Made by a program: the position numbers and the translations under genes. From positions 1,479,935 through 1,543,934 of the forward strand of contig CM082588.2 of the NCBI GenBank assembly GCA_040954595.2: a stretch of 64,000 nt of DNA, in the 5' to 3' direction. Shown here piece by piece: positions 22,642 to 35,300 of this stretch; position 1 is the stretch's first letter; each line of letters begins with the position of its first letter. Under the pieces are notes generated by a model. It was not told the origin of the DNA. It saw only the letters and a list, made by a program, of their open reading frames with translations, and did not search any database. This DNA is from Balanoglossus misakiensis. Taxonomy: Eukaryota > Animalia > Hemichordata.

Positions 22642-25600
22642 CCTCGATGAGGCTTGTATCAGCAAACGTAAATTATCTTAATGGCAAATAAATTGCATTG
22701 AAGCTGGTTAACTGATAGTTTTTGAGAATGCCAAAATATTCGACGAGTTTCGGTACCATACACCCTCATTTGCTTGCGCATGGCGTATACACAATCGAAA
22801 TTGAAACGTCTCCTGTCGTTAACATTTCGACTCTAAACAGTCTCTGAATTAAAGATGGACCATTAAACCCAATCTGTTACATCTATCGAAAACGGTCTTC
22901 CGGAATAAGTTCTTTTCCCGCCATGACATCATTGCATGAAAAAATCATCAATTCAATCAAACCCGCATCCTGCAACAATTCTCAGATGGCCAAAACATCG
23001 GTTTGCTTTTTGCTTGTAATCAATGACAACGATGACCCGGGGAATGACAAGTTACGATCTGAAATAAAAGTCTGTGTTTAGCTTCCTTGTTATCTGTGCA
23101 GTCTGTGTATAGACGACCTAGCCAGGCGACGGGATTATATTAGTTGTATTGATTTAGTCACATGTGAAGAGGACATCATTTCCTGGCGAACAAAATAAGC
23201 GGAACTAACATTTCACTTTGTTTGGGTTCACTATGAAGAATAGTAAAATACAGACATCTTTCAACATTGTCAGACACCGTTGTTCTTTTGACGATGTGTT
23301 GCCGGGGTAACGTGCACACAGTCCCATGAATGTACATCAATGTTCTTGATCTGAATTCATCAAACTTTAGCATTTTGTATGCAATGAGTTCTGTGCAAAT
23401 TACATTTCACAAGATGGTGTAATTTAGGATTACGACATTTTATTTGTAATTTTTGAAAGTTTTACTGCCATGAAATTATTTGCAATGCTTACCTGAAACA
23501 TTTTAGTCTGACGTTTCCAACCCATTGCATACCCACTATTTGCAATAAGATTATTGTGTTTGTGTTTGGGTATGAAAGACTGAAACGTAGTGCAATGAAG
23601 TGACCCACATTGCATATCATTTACTGTGTTACAGATGAGTTATGTTGAGTTCCACATTGAGAGTGACGACAGGGTTATATTTGCCCACCATGCATTGTAT
23701 CTGATAATTATTTGTGGCATTTATTTATACTGATGTGCTTGTTAGCTATGGCCGGAATGAAAGGCTATGCAACGTGTTCGATGGTGGTGAATCATCTCAT
23801 ATTTGAGATATTCCACCCATCATACATACAAACATTCGTGTTGGACCAGCTGTTCTTAAAATAGTACGAACGGCGCAGGCTCAAGCAACAAACAGTTGCA
23901 TTCGCTGATGTTTTAACCGGTGCCACGCGCATGAATTATATGAAGTGAAAATGGGCTCTCCTGTGAACATGTTTTAGTGAAAATGTTTCAGGTAAGCGTT
24001 GTAGATCGTTTCATGGCTGTAAAACTTTAAAAATTTATATATGAACAATGAATGATAAAGTCACTCTTTAAATGGGTACTCAGCTCTTAAAGGTTCCACA
24101 TTTACAATGATCTTTTCATCGTATGATCGATAAAATATTGTATTTAAAGTTATCGCGAAATGAAACAGCAATGTGTGTGGCAGGAACCGAGACAAGTTTT
24201 CGATAACAGCTGCTTAGTGATGCTGATATGAAACATGCAAAAAATTGATGTGATGATAAGCAACAATGCGGGCAATGCAGTGGTGTATATTACACAGGTC
24301 TCTATGGACTTGGCGACAGTTTTAGCGATGCTATGAGGTTCTGCCGGCGTGTGTTGAGAATGGGGAAAATTCTGTGTGTAGTATGTGCTACCTTAGGGGT
24401 CATATGCCACATACAGGCACTGGGAATGGGGCAGAGCAATTTTAATCATGTTGCTATATTCGTCTGTAGTCTGTAACCCAATATATTCAATACTTCATCT
24501 GTGATAAAAGGTGACAGGAATAGAAATGATTCTTATCACCAAACGTGTAGCACTGGTGTCTCTCCTGATAAGTGGTGACATTTTTATTGCAATTGCGAAG
24601 TGTTATGAATTTTTGTTAATCCCTCGATAACAATCGAAACTCTTGTATGTCAACGGGCCAAAGACATATCTTCCCGACCACAGGGTCATTAAAGTTGCAT
24701 AAAAGCTCAGTCATGAGAACTTGGTGACCTTACACAGCTCATTTACGTCACTTTTGCTCATGTTTACGAGAATTTGCTGTCAGATCGTGACCAGAGCGCC
24801 GCCTGTTTTGACACTGATTGTGAAAAAACTGCGACCTGAATGACATTGACAATTACTCCTGACAGGTTCAGGGGATGACTCCTATTCATATAATTTCGAC
24901 ACATCTCTTGAATCAATGAAAACATTAGTTGTTGCTCGGTGTGTAACAAAAGTCACCCACTGTGGAAAATTGAACGAGCCAGTAGATCAAGAAGAAACAA
25001 ACAGTAACAGTAATAGTTTTCAACCATGAAAAGAGATGGCGTTCAATGCTTTCTTTCTAGTGAAACTCGACGAGCACACTGCGGCAATCTTAGTCACTCC
25101 TCACGTATCTACCCCCCTTTTGCATACAAGTCATCACGTTGGTAGTGTTGCTGACCAGACCTGCAGGATGCTGAGAATTTTATTGTTTTAATCGATAAGA
25201 TCAGTTATCCCGACTCATACTGCTCCATCAGGACGGCTATACGATACTGTAGTGGGAGGCATGTAACTCTTTACTTTACATTCTCGTTCTCGTTGAATGG
25301 CCATTATCAGTTGGAAGCAGTGTTCAACTTACCTTTCCGCAAAACGTTTCTCTGTGGGGCAGGTTATTCCACCTGGAGCGAAGTATGACTTTACAATGCC
25401 TGTGGCGAATTTTGTGTCTCCATAACAAAGCGATTACGTAGACTTTCCAAACCAAACGTGCAGTGTAAAGACTTGTCTGTTTATATTGATGTGTGACTGG
25501 CAGAAGGGTCTAATGACAGATACACTCAGTGGATGGGCTGTAGTTAACTGCAGTGCAAAATATTTGGGACTGTCATAGAAATGGTGATGTCGACTCCCTT

Positions 25601-28569
25601 AACTTACAGTTTAAAATAAACCCGATTTTGTCGCCAGGGAAACCAACCAATTGCAAGAGTGAGGCTTTTAGCGGCCGTTTCCAATGGCGATAATAGTTAG
25701 ATGACACCATACATCCTGAACGTTAAGCAACACGTGCCGTAATTGTTACATTCACGTTAAAATCCACGTGCAAATTTCAGCTTAAACGTTTTCCTGTACA
25801 ACGATTTTTGTCTTGCAAGAATCATGTAACCAAACATGTCAAAGTGGATCAATAAGCCCTCGTTAGAGGAAATAACCTATCGTCCTACATTTAGCGATAG
25901 TGATGTATCACCTTGTCACAGACTCATATTTGCATTTTATGACAGAAATATGAAACGGTCTTCTGCTATTGTTACATCTTGTTGGCAGTGGTGACGTCTG
26001 CTGTCTCTCCGCCAAATCGCATCAGAAATAAACCAGTTTCCCCAATACCTGAAAACGACTGAAATGGTGTTATCAAAATGTTTCAGTAGGATAAATTCGG
26101 ACACAGATTACTGTCGTATCATTCTCGATGCCGCGTCGCGTGAGGCCATTTCACGTTCCATGGCTTTTCGAACATCAGAAATGATGATTGAGTAATCCCA
26201 GGTGACACACATTCTACTTGCATTCACTGTAAGGATCATTCCGTTAGCTGACAGAGAAGTCTGAAAATCAGTCAACGATAATTGCTTGGTCTTGGCGAAG
26301 TCAATTTTCGACGATCATATCTATTGTAGCATCCAACTGATCATAGACTCACCATTTGTATATAAACAAGTTTTTAAAGGTCTGCGGGCAGAATTAATGC
26401 ACTTGAAAGGTACTATGTGACCAAATCGCAATAGAAATATACAGCAATCATTGCGGTATTTCTATTCATCATGATTTTCACTCATCTGCGCAGTCTATAT
26501 CCCTATATTTTTTACTATATCGCAAATTTGCATTTTTAGCTCTGCTGTAAAGTTTGTCCAAGTCTCAAGAGAAATGCACCATTAAATTCTGAAACAATTA
26601 TCTTGTTTATAATGCAAAGTATCACAGTAGAGGTGTATCGTCTGCTAGGTTGCTTGTTTTAGTTTGTCACAGATACAGGCAAAGTATGGACTTCAGATAC
26701 AATAATGTAATCAGATATGCATTAAGACCATGCATGCATACATGTACACATTCATTATGTGTCTCAATCTAAAATAATTTTAGTCCAGATGAGTCTAGTC
26801 GAGTCTCAGTCTCATAAGTTACATTCATTCGATGTTTGTCCCCTGTGAGTGTATTAGGACATGTTTTTCTGCTCGTTATATCTCCATGTCAACAGTCTTT
26901 TCCAAGCATACACTCACGCAATTATCTGCTAACAATAATTGTTTTTGGCTGTCATTTTAATCAGTATTTCTGTTTCGTTAAATTGCTGTGTCAGTTGAGA
27001 AATACCCATTTGTTATTATCTTGACTTTTGCCAGATGTTTTTCCTTTCTTGCGAGTATATCTTAAATTATAAAAAACAAGGATAGTGTGTGAAAAACGCT
27101 ACGTATGTATGATTTGTATTGACCATGATGATAAACGAAACTTAATAAGAATGACGTTTTTTTTTAAATTTGAAGTTACGTAATAGGTTTGTGACGTTGG
27201 AGGTCTGTTTTTGAAGGAAATGCCCAGGGGAAGGTGTTTTGCTGTCAATAGACAATAGCTTATTAGTCTCATTTGTGTGTCGCAAGTAGCAAGTATAGGT
27301 CATTTTGGTGGCAACATCTTAACAGGGGGCAAGGTCTGTGAAGCAGTGCGATTTTGCTTTGGAAGCCTCTCAGCTGGACAACTCATGCTATGTGCTTTAG
27401 TTCTATCAACCTGGTGATGAGGAATTTGCTCAGGTGTAAAACCAAAAAGTAGGTTAACTGAGTTGACACTCTTCGACCGTCTTAGTGGCGATGTGTTATT
27501 AGAACACTTGGCAACATCAGAATTGTTACTAAAAGCGCTAGCTTTAATTTCCTATCACTCGTTTCATTAATTGTTCCGTGGAAAATTTGAAATGCGCAAA
27601 CTTCACCTTCACAGCTGTAAATCATTCACTCAAAGCCGTAAACAATATTATGCCGACCGCTTTTCACTCTCTTCGCGATTCGAAATGACGTGGTTTTTAT
27701 TGTGCTTCAATGCTGTCATGCAACGTAATGAAATTGTCAGTGAAGGCCCGCCCCTCAGACTTGATCAATGCCCGAACGAGGGATTTTGATGAAGTTGTTT
27801 TATCGTCAACAGGTAACGGTCTTTTTATCATCAACATGACCGTGGAACTCTCCCGCTGTGAAAGAAATTGTCGCAGCGTCACCAGATAGTCAATTCTAAA
27901 GTGGTTCCCCTGAAACATTCGGATGACGAGGTTGACGGAGTAAACTAAAATCGATACTTGTTTCTCCGTGCGATTCTGTTCGTGTCAGAGGAGACAAGCC
28001 ATTATGTACCGGTGCTTTGACACGCTGTCACCTTTGAAATATCCAACTACACACGTGTCACCCTGAACATTCCAAATTTAATCTTACTCACAGACGCACT
28101 ATTTACGCCAACAGATATATCATTCTAAATTGACGTATAGCAGATACAAATTACTCGTCATAATTTTTGCAATAATAATAAAATGTACCATCCTGATATA
28201 AAACAGGTACAGAGTAAAAATGAAGAAATTGGCATTTTATGTTTTAGTTTTTTTACTCAGATCACACCAGTACAATAAAATTGCTAATTTCGAAGGTCCA
28301 AGAAGATGAAGGCTGTAAAACTAAAAATAGAAGCAATATACACTATTTTTACTTCTCTCGCATAAAAGGACTGATTGTCTTATTCTGTCAGCATTTTGCC
28401 ATGTCGTTGGCTGAATTCCCATGCCGAACATTATCAAAGCTCTGTGGACCTGTAGTAAGGCTACATGTATACTCATTGTGCAGGCGAAACCAAGCATCAT
28501 ATGTCAATAAGACGGCTTTACAGGGAATATCACTGACACGTGACAAACCTCAGGTTTTGGTCAACTTTT

Positions 28570-28870
28570 CTCGGTATCGTGGCGCGAATCACTGTAAACG
28601 CGGTTTGAATCAACTAACGTTGCCTTGCATACCACGCGAAGTGACGACTTCCTCTGGTGCTTGCGTCATGTTGCCAATGGCGATTTCATTATTTCCCGCC
28701 TTGGAACCGAGTTCCGGCTGAAAGCTGTCTTTGTGCGCATGTCAGGAAAATGTATAATAAAGTACCCAGACCTGGGGACTCTGAATCACAAGCTTTGTCT
28801 TCTTCAGAGAAGTGCGACGTGAACTAAACGCTTGTTTGAACGACTCCTGTCTATATGTTCACATCTGCAG
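28570..28870 (+). promoter_or_regulatory. Putative promoter and non-coding first exon of the GPCR gene
   Basis: CpG-richer segment with a TATA-like TATAATAA at about 28753, then a CTGCAG|GTAGGG donor at 28870/28871. A matching strong acceptor TTCATTTTTTTCATTCAG ends at 30889, upstream of the GPCR ATG. Inference only. Confidence 0.35.
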
Positions 28871-31264
28871 GTAGGGCAGTTTTTCATGATACTTGCATTC
28901 TGAACATTTTCCATGGACGGTAGTGTCTGCAGAACTAAATTTTAACCAATTTGTCAGCTCATGCAATCAAAAGGTAGAAATCTAGTGAATATGTTGTGCG
29001 ATTTTAGAATCATTATTTTATTTTGCGATTTTGAAATCGGGTGCTTTGCTTAATTACAAAACATAGCACGACTTTGGTAAGCTAGATTGTGCCGTCACAT
29101 TAGTTTCGATCGATGAGAATGAATCGGATGGTTATATTTCGTCAGAAAGTGATAGCAAGCATTCAATTGATGTTTTATGGCAATGGGCTTTGACGACTGT
29201 TCCACACACTATCTGCTTTGCTTCTGGTAGCATGTTATATCTTGCCACGAGATAACAAGTGTTCATTAAGGGGACCGCGCTCTCCTCTGTCCTTTCACCA
29301 TAAAACCCACACTTGTGCAATGCATGCACGTATTGTATCTTCCCACGGCGGTAACATGCAGACAGTCTTGAAAATGTTGATATCGTTATCAAGTGAATAT
29401 CCATCTTTAGGGAAATTTCAAATCAAATTAAGCCGGCGCTCTTAACTATTAATGTTTTGCAAATTTTTATCAGTAATTTCTACCTCCTTTCACTGAAAAC
29501 CTGTAGGCAATTTGAAAGTACAATGCTCCCCATAAAATTTTTGGCAAAACCACTGCTCCCATTATTTCCTAGTTCAAAAATCTCCAGGGCAAAGTTCTAA
29601 GAGCATGATATTGGAATTTTCATTTTTGAAGTGTGTGTGCTGTATTATGCACCAGTATTCTCATGCATAGCTAGTGCTTTTACACGACGTAAATAGAATT
29701 ACTGCTGTACAGCCGCGACTAGTTTCCTCCTTAGGATGAAATAGAACACATTTACCAAAGCTGACGACCGAAGGCGGCCGAGAAGAAAATTTTACCGCAT
29801 TCTCCAATCAGCTATAATCTGATCAATTGCGACCCATTGAGCAGGCTTTATTTTGCTGCAGGCGACATGCTTCCCCGCCCGTTACCGACGACGATAATAA
29901 CAACAAATGAATGAAGGAAACGCAGTGTAAAACAAAATAGATTTTTAGACTCTGTGACGTGGTTTGCATGCACTTGCTTTGCCAGGAATTGTGTTCCAGA
30001 CTTGATTACAAAAATGTGGAATGCTTCTATCTTTCCCCTTGAGTAGATTTGTTCTTGGCCGTGTTGAAAATGTAAATTGTGGCCCACAGATAGTGAAAAA
30101 TGAAAATGACGGAACCCCTATTTCATTTCCACAATAATGAGATACTGTTGACAGGGTATTGAATCGCAGTGAACGAATATGAGAAGGGTCACATACCGAC
30201 CATTCTTCAATTGTTGGAGATTTTCTGAGATCTTCGGTTCCTGTTGTTGAAACTACTAAAATTGCACGAACATTTTTGTGAAGGTTTATTCCATACTATT
30301 TTAGTTCCTCGTCAAAACTAGCAACAATCGAGAAGGTACCAGTATATCTCTTGTACAGGGTATCACAAAAGTACCCTTTGTGCTTAAATAAATAAATTTA
30401 TCATTTTGCAAAACAGTGGCAGTTTAAAACATACTCATTTATAGTATCATTCCCTGTATTAACATAAACCACGATGGACATAAAAAAAACTTGTATGTGT
30501 TTCAAGGAAATAAATTTACAGCAAGTTACTGTATGCTTGGGTATAATCGAACATTGTGATAGTATACTTGCCTTTATTTTGCAGTTCTCACTTTGACTTA
30601 AACCTGACAACCATTGTGAGTGACAAATGACTCCATGGTGTACTTTACTGCAGTATCAGCTAACCTTTAGTGCATCAGACCCACGCACAGAAAAAAACAC
30701 TGTTGAGAAAAACCATTTGCATTACTAGTAGACCACTCAACAGATGCCTAGTACGGAAACAAAAACCGCGCTTGTTAGCATTCAAATTTCTCTATCTTTT
30801 TTTGATATTGATCTTCGTATATTGCTTAATTTATGACTCTCGCAGTTATAATGTTATCTGTTTCCAACTTATTCATTTTTTTCATTCAGGTGTATGTTGT
30901 TATTTGATCTCTGTGAATCTGAGCTACACAATCGCCTTCGTTCGTCTGTGATTGATAGCTGAGTGGAAGACCCATTGCCATGGCGACTGGGGCTAATGAG
31001 TAAACGCTGGGATGAGAAATTGCCTCGCTTTCGAGCAAGGGATGCCAATATATGCCTTGCGGTCGCATTGAACACACTGCTCACGCCAACCTTGTGAAAG
31101 TAATCGAGTTGGGTTTCTGCGCGCTTCGCTTTGGGTATGGTATGAACGTAAGGAGAACATTCTCCTGTACCATCTGGTTCCGTTGACGTCGCAGTTGCTC
31201 TGCTCTGGAGAATCGACGTTCCCGTCTTTTTTTAACCACATTGCTGGACGATACTTCAGCCAGC

Positions 31265-32323
31265 ATGGCCGTCGAAATGGAAGTGCTGCTCGGCAATCCC
31301 ATGAACGGATCAACCTCGAGTTATTCCGAAGATTTATACAACACAACCGTGGCATCCCTTTGTTACCTCCATCCCCATCTTCAGTACTCCATAGGTATAA
31401 CCATTTCACTTATCGGCGTGGTCGCCAACCTGCTATTCATGTACGTCGTGTGCCAAGTCCCTACTATGCGAACTGTTCTCAATGCATATCTCGTCAACCT
31501 GGCAGTCTCGGACCTGTTCCATCTCCTGTGGCACTTTTCCATATGGGTTGAATATCTGTCCGGCGGGATAGCCTCTCTCACTGAAAAGGAGTACTGTGCC
31601 CTAATGTACTTCTCGCGCCTGTTCCAGTACGTGTCCCTACTCACTGTGTCTGTGTTGAGCATCGAACGTTACCTTGCCATCTGCAAACCCATATTTTACA
31701 GGGACAGCGTGATACACAGACGTCGATTCATAGGCATCATAATATTCTGCATCTGGTTTTTCTCGTGCGGTATTTCAGCTGAAGCCGTCGTGGACTGTTT
31801 GTCGCCAACTAGCCAACGAGCCATCGTCGGGCGGGTGCTCTTTCTGTTCACGGTGTTCTCTCTGATGGTGCTGGTCTTTGCCATGTACATGTTGATCATA
31901 CTTGCCGCCAAGAACTCCTCTCGGCCAGTTCTCACCCAGCGGAAAGAACGACAGATTGTGAGAGTGTGTCTCACAACAGCTCTCATTCACTTCATCTGCC
32001 TTTCCCCAGTGGTAATACACACCATTCTACTTATTGTGGAGATTGACGTCGCAGAAGAGGAGTACCAAATGACACATTACGTCATGTGCCTGGCAAATAT
32101 TAGCTCTTACTTTTTAGAAATCAACTCTTCAGCGAATCCATTTATTTACAATATTTTGAGTACCACTTACAGGCAAGCTTTCAAACACGCACTGTGTTGC
32201 GGTAAGAAGTCCCACCGGCGAGGAAACAGCAGTCGAGGGCACTACATGTCCGCAAGAACGCTGTCGACTCGCAGTGCCAGCACTGGTTTCTCACCAACAT
32301 CAAAAGAGGTGTGTTCCATGTGA
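31265..32323 (+). CDS. Class A (rhodopsin-like) GPCR, peptide-receptor-like orphan, single coding exon, about 352 aa
   Basis: Seven hydrophobic segments: TM1 GVVAN, TM2 NLAVSDL, TM3 C...SIERYLAICKP, TM4 W, TM6 FICLSP, TM7 NSSANPFIY. Helix 8 is YRQAF followed by CC. N-glycosylation sequons NGS and NTT. First ATG at 31265 (alternative MNGST at 31301). Confidence 0.93.
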   Translation: MAVEMEVLLGNPMNGSTSSYSEDLYNTTVASLCYLHPHLQYSIGITISLIGVVANLLFMYVVCQVPTMRTVLNAYLVNLAVSDLFHLLWHFSIWVEYLSGGIASLTEKEYCALMYFSRLFQYVSLLTVSVLSIERYLAICKPIFYRDSVIHRRRFIGIIIFCIWFFSCGISAEAVVDCLSPTSQRAIVGRVLFLFTVFSLMVLVFAMYMLIILAAKNSSRPVLTQRKERQIVRVCLTTALIHFICLSPVVIHTILLIVEIDVAEEEYQMTHYVMCLANISSYFLEINSSANPFIYNILSTTYRQAFKHALCCGKKSHRRGNSSRGHYMSARTLSTRSASTGFSPTSKEVCSM

Positions 32324-35300
32324 ACTGCGAAGCCCACGCACAAGAGAAAAAGTAAAAAGCGCGACCCTCGGGTTCAGTTGCCTGAAAAGTGCAGAACAGT
32401 CTACAGGCAAAACTTGAGCTTAGTGACTGAAATTATTTACGCTCCGCATAACAGTCTTGTTGTTGATGGAAAGTACACGCAACAGAGCAGAAAGTAACGT
32501 CATCAGTTGAAAACTTGTACCGGGGTTGTATTTATGATGTTATGCAAATTCATTCCTGCATTGTCATTGTATCCCTGTCGAAATTAGAAAATGCTGAGTG
32601 CGTCATTAGTCACTCGACCACTGGAAGAAATCAAAATGACATCAAAGGCTGTATTCATTACTTATTTCTGCCTCCAGTTGTATATTAATTATCAGCTTGT
32701 TATCTTCAGACAGACTTTTTGAAATGGGAACTTTATCTGTTGGTTGTTTGGATGCACTAACAGTGTTTGGTGAATTTTTATGAGAAAGTGTTACAATTTA
32801 TTTCCATGGATACCCTGATCAGTACAGTAACAATAACAGATTAACACTGGGCAGGATTGGGTGCAATGTTCACCTGTGATAATCATAGGAAACACATTTC
32901 CCTTATTAGGCAGGTTTATAAACACTAGAGCTCAAATGAAAAAAAAGCATAGCTTTGGGAAATAATTCCTGATCTATTTTTAAGACCTGTCGTAAACCTG
33001 CATCTAGGAACTCATCTAACCCATGCTGTATACATTGGTATGGGAAACGTATCCAGTCCCCAATGAAGGCAGTGGGATACCGTGAGGTTGGCTGGCGCCT
33101 GTCAACCTCTTGACTGGGGATCTGCTTTCTTACACAATCAAATTTATGTCATAGTCGATGACCCTTGAGTTCTTTTTTTCCTCGTTTCACGGTACGAGCA
33201 GCTATATGATCCGTTTCGAGATTTACGGCACGCCGTCAGCTAGTTTCAAATTAAATCGTGTTGAAGCAACAATTATACGATTCGATGGCGTGACCTGGGG
33301 ACGTTTCCCTCTATCTCGTTATGTAAATGCCCAGTCAGTTTCTTCAGTGCTTTTCTTGAGGCGACTCATGAAGCAAACGTTTCATTCGCATCATACAAGT
33401 TCCATTCACAGGCAACATATAGTTGTCACTCCTGGAACTTAATACTGTTTACATTTAAGCCTCAAGCTGTGCCAGAATTCAAGTTAAACACACAAAGAAT
33501 GAACTCTCCATGAGACGTGTTTGCCATAACTGAATATTTTATTTTCTCCCTTCTCAAAATGAATTACCAGTCACGTGCGATCGAAGTAAATGTGAACTTT
33601 TAGTGAACTTTTAATTGAGGTGTATATTACACAGTTCTTTTTTCTCAATTCGAGTGTGGAATGTGTTGTTTAAACTGTGTCGGTGTCAAAACCTCACATT
33701 TTACTGAAATTTGATATTTGTCATTATCGCTGACACAAGACTTGTCAATATTGTTTTGAAACATGACGAGTGTTCAAAAAGCGCTTGGGTTCAAAATGCA
33801 CTTGATGCGTTGGCATCATGCTGTGCTATATGTTGGATGTTAATGAACTTCGCTATACCATTATAGATAAGAGTACATGACGAACATTGCCTCCCTAACT
33901 ACGGAACAACAAAACGGCGACTATTTTCGAATGACTGACAAGTCCCCATGCGGTTTGCTTGCATGAGGCGGAGAGTTTATCAGTGCAATGAATAATACAC
34001 TCATCATAATAACACCATGTATTAATGCTACATAAAAACACTTTCGAGTGAAAAAGCTACGCTATTTTCTTTGTTTTTGACTGTTTGTACGTCGCATATC
34101 AGTAGAAAAATTACCCTTTGATGTCCACATGAACTCTCGACCCTAAAAAGGAAAACTTATATTCATTGTGAACATACATGTAAGCCTCCTTGTGCATTTT
34201 ATGTTTATTTACAGTCGTTAAACACAAAACGTGTATATTGCGAACTGTCCTGTTTGTGTTACTTGTATCAAATACTGTAAAGTGATAGTGCCATTTTGCA
34301 TGATAACTATATTTGTGTCATTTGTAGAATTATTAGACAAACATTCATGTTCAACTTGTTTTTTCTCACCAAAACGGACATAAACACTTTTTGTGCCAAG
34401 TTGTGTCCCAAGACTGCGTTCACACTTTTCTTTCATTTCATAATTCAGGTCTGCTGAAATGCCACTTGCGAGACAATTCTGCATTAATGTAGTCTTCTAT
34501 CCCTCAGATTTCTTAATGACCTGTACGACGTGTACATAAATCATGATATTTCTCGACGTTCATGCATGATAGCTCCTGAAGCATTGGCCCATTAAATCTT
34601 GTCTTGAAAAATATATATATGCTGTAAAATATTTGTAGACTAATCTCGGCAATCGAAAGTAGCATTGTTACGAGTAGGACATGTGTAGATATTATAAATA
34701 TTGTACTGGATTCCATTAACCTGACAAGATGAGAGAGCAGAATATTCTTGGAAACAGGATTCCACACTACAGATCTCTGCTTGAGCTCTTTCTCGAAGAC
34801 AATTATAGAAAATTGTCAGTTTCAAAACAGCGAAATATTTGCAGAGATGTAAAAATATGATCACAGTGTTGTTTCATCACAAGAGGTCCATATTGGCACC
34901 AGATGATTTGTAATTGTTTGTTAGACAGAGGAGAAATTATCTCAACAACTTGTTCTGTTTCCTTTACCATGACAATAATTGTAAGTGATTTTTACCATGT
35001 TTCATGTTGCACCAACAGGCGTATGGGTGTTCACAAACACCTGCCAAGATACTTGACTGCTGAGTCATGATGACGTAGTGAGTGGCCTTGATTTTGCCAC
35101 CGCACGACCTTCGTTTATGTTTTAAAAGAGGTCATCTGACATGAGGGTAATTTATCTAATGTTTACGATGATTACACCATCTTTCACAAAAACAGTTCAG
35201 TCTCTGGAAGTGACGTGTTAATGTCAACCTTGGACACTTTTGGCGTGCTCGTGCTGGCATGGACGATCGACCATGACGTCACTATTGTCCAATGAAACTT

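Noticed and set aside
22641-22672. CTCGATGAGGCTTGTATCAGCAAAC, similar to a hammerhead core, next to the tandem repeat
   Set aside because: Both conserved boxes (CUGANGA, GAAA) are broken and stems I and III cannot be formed convincingly.
25320-25440. Strong minus-strand donor GAAAG|GTAAGT near 25332
   Set aside because: No supporting ORF or acceptor. It could be a non-coding exon but this cannot be supported from sequence alone.
30869-32020. Several ORFs overlapping the GPCR on both strands
   Set aside because: Alternate-frame or antisense by-products of a GC-richer coding exon, with no motifs.
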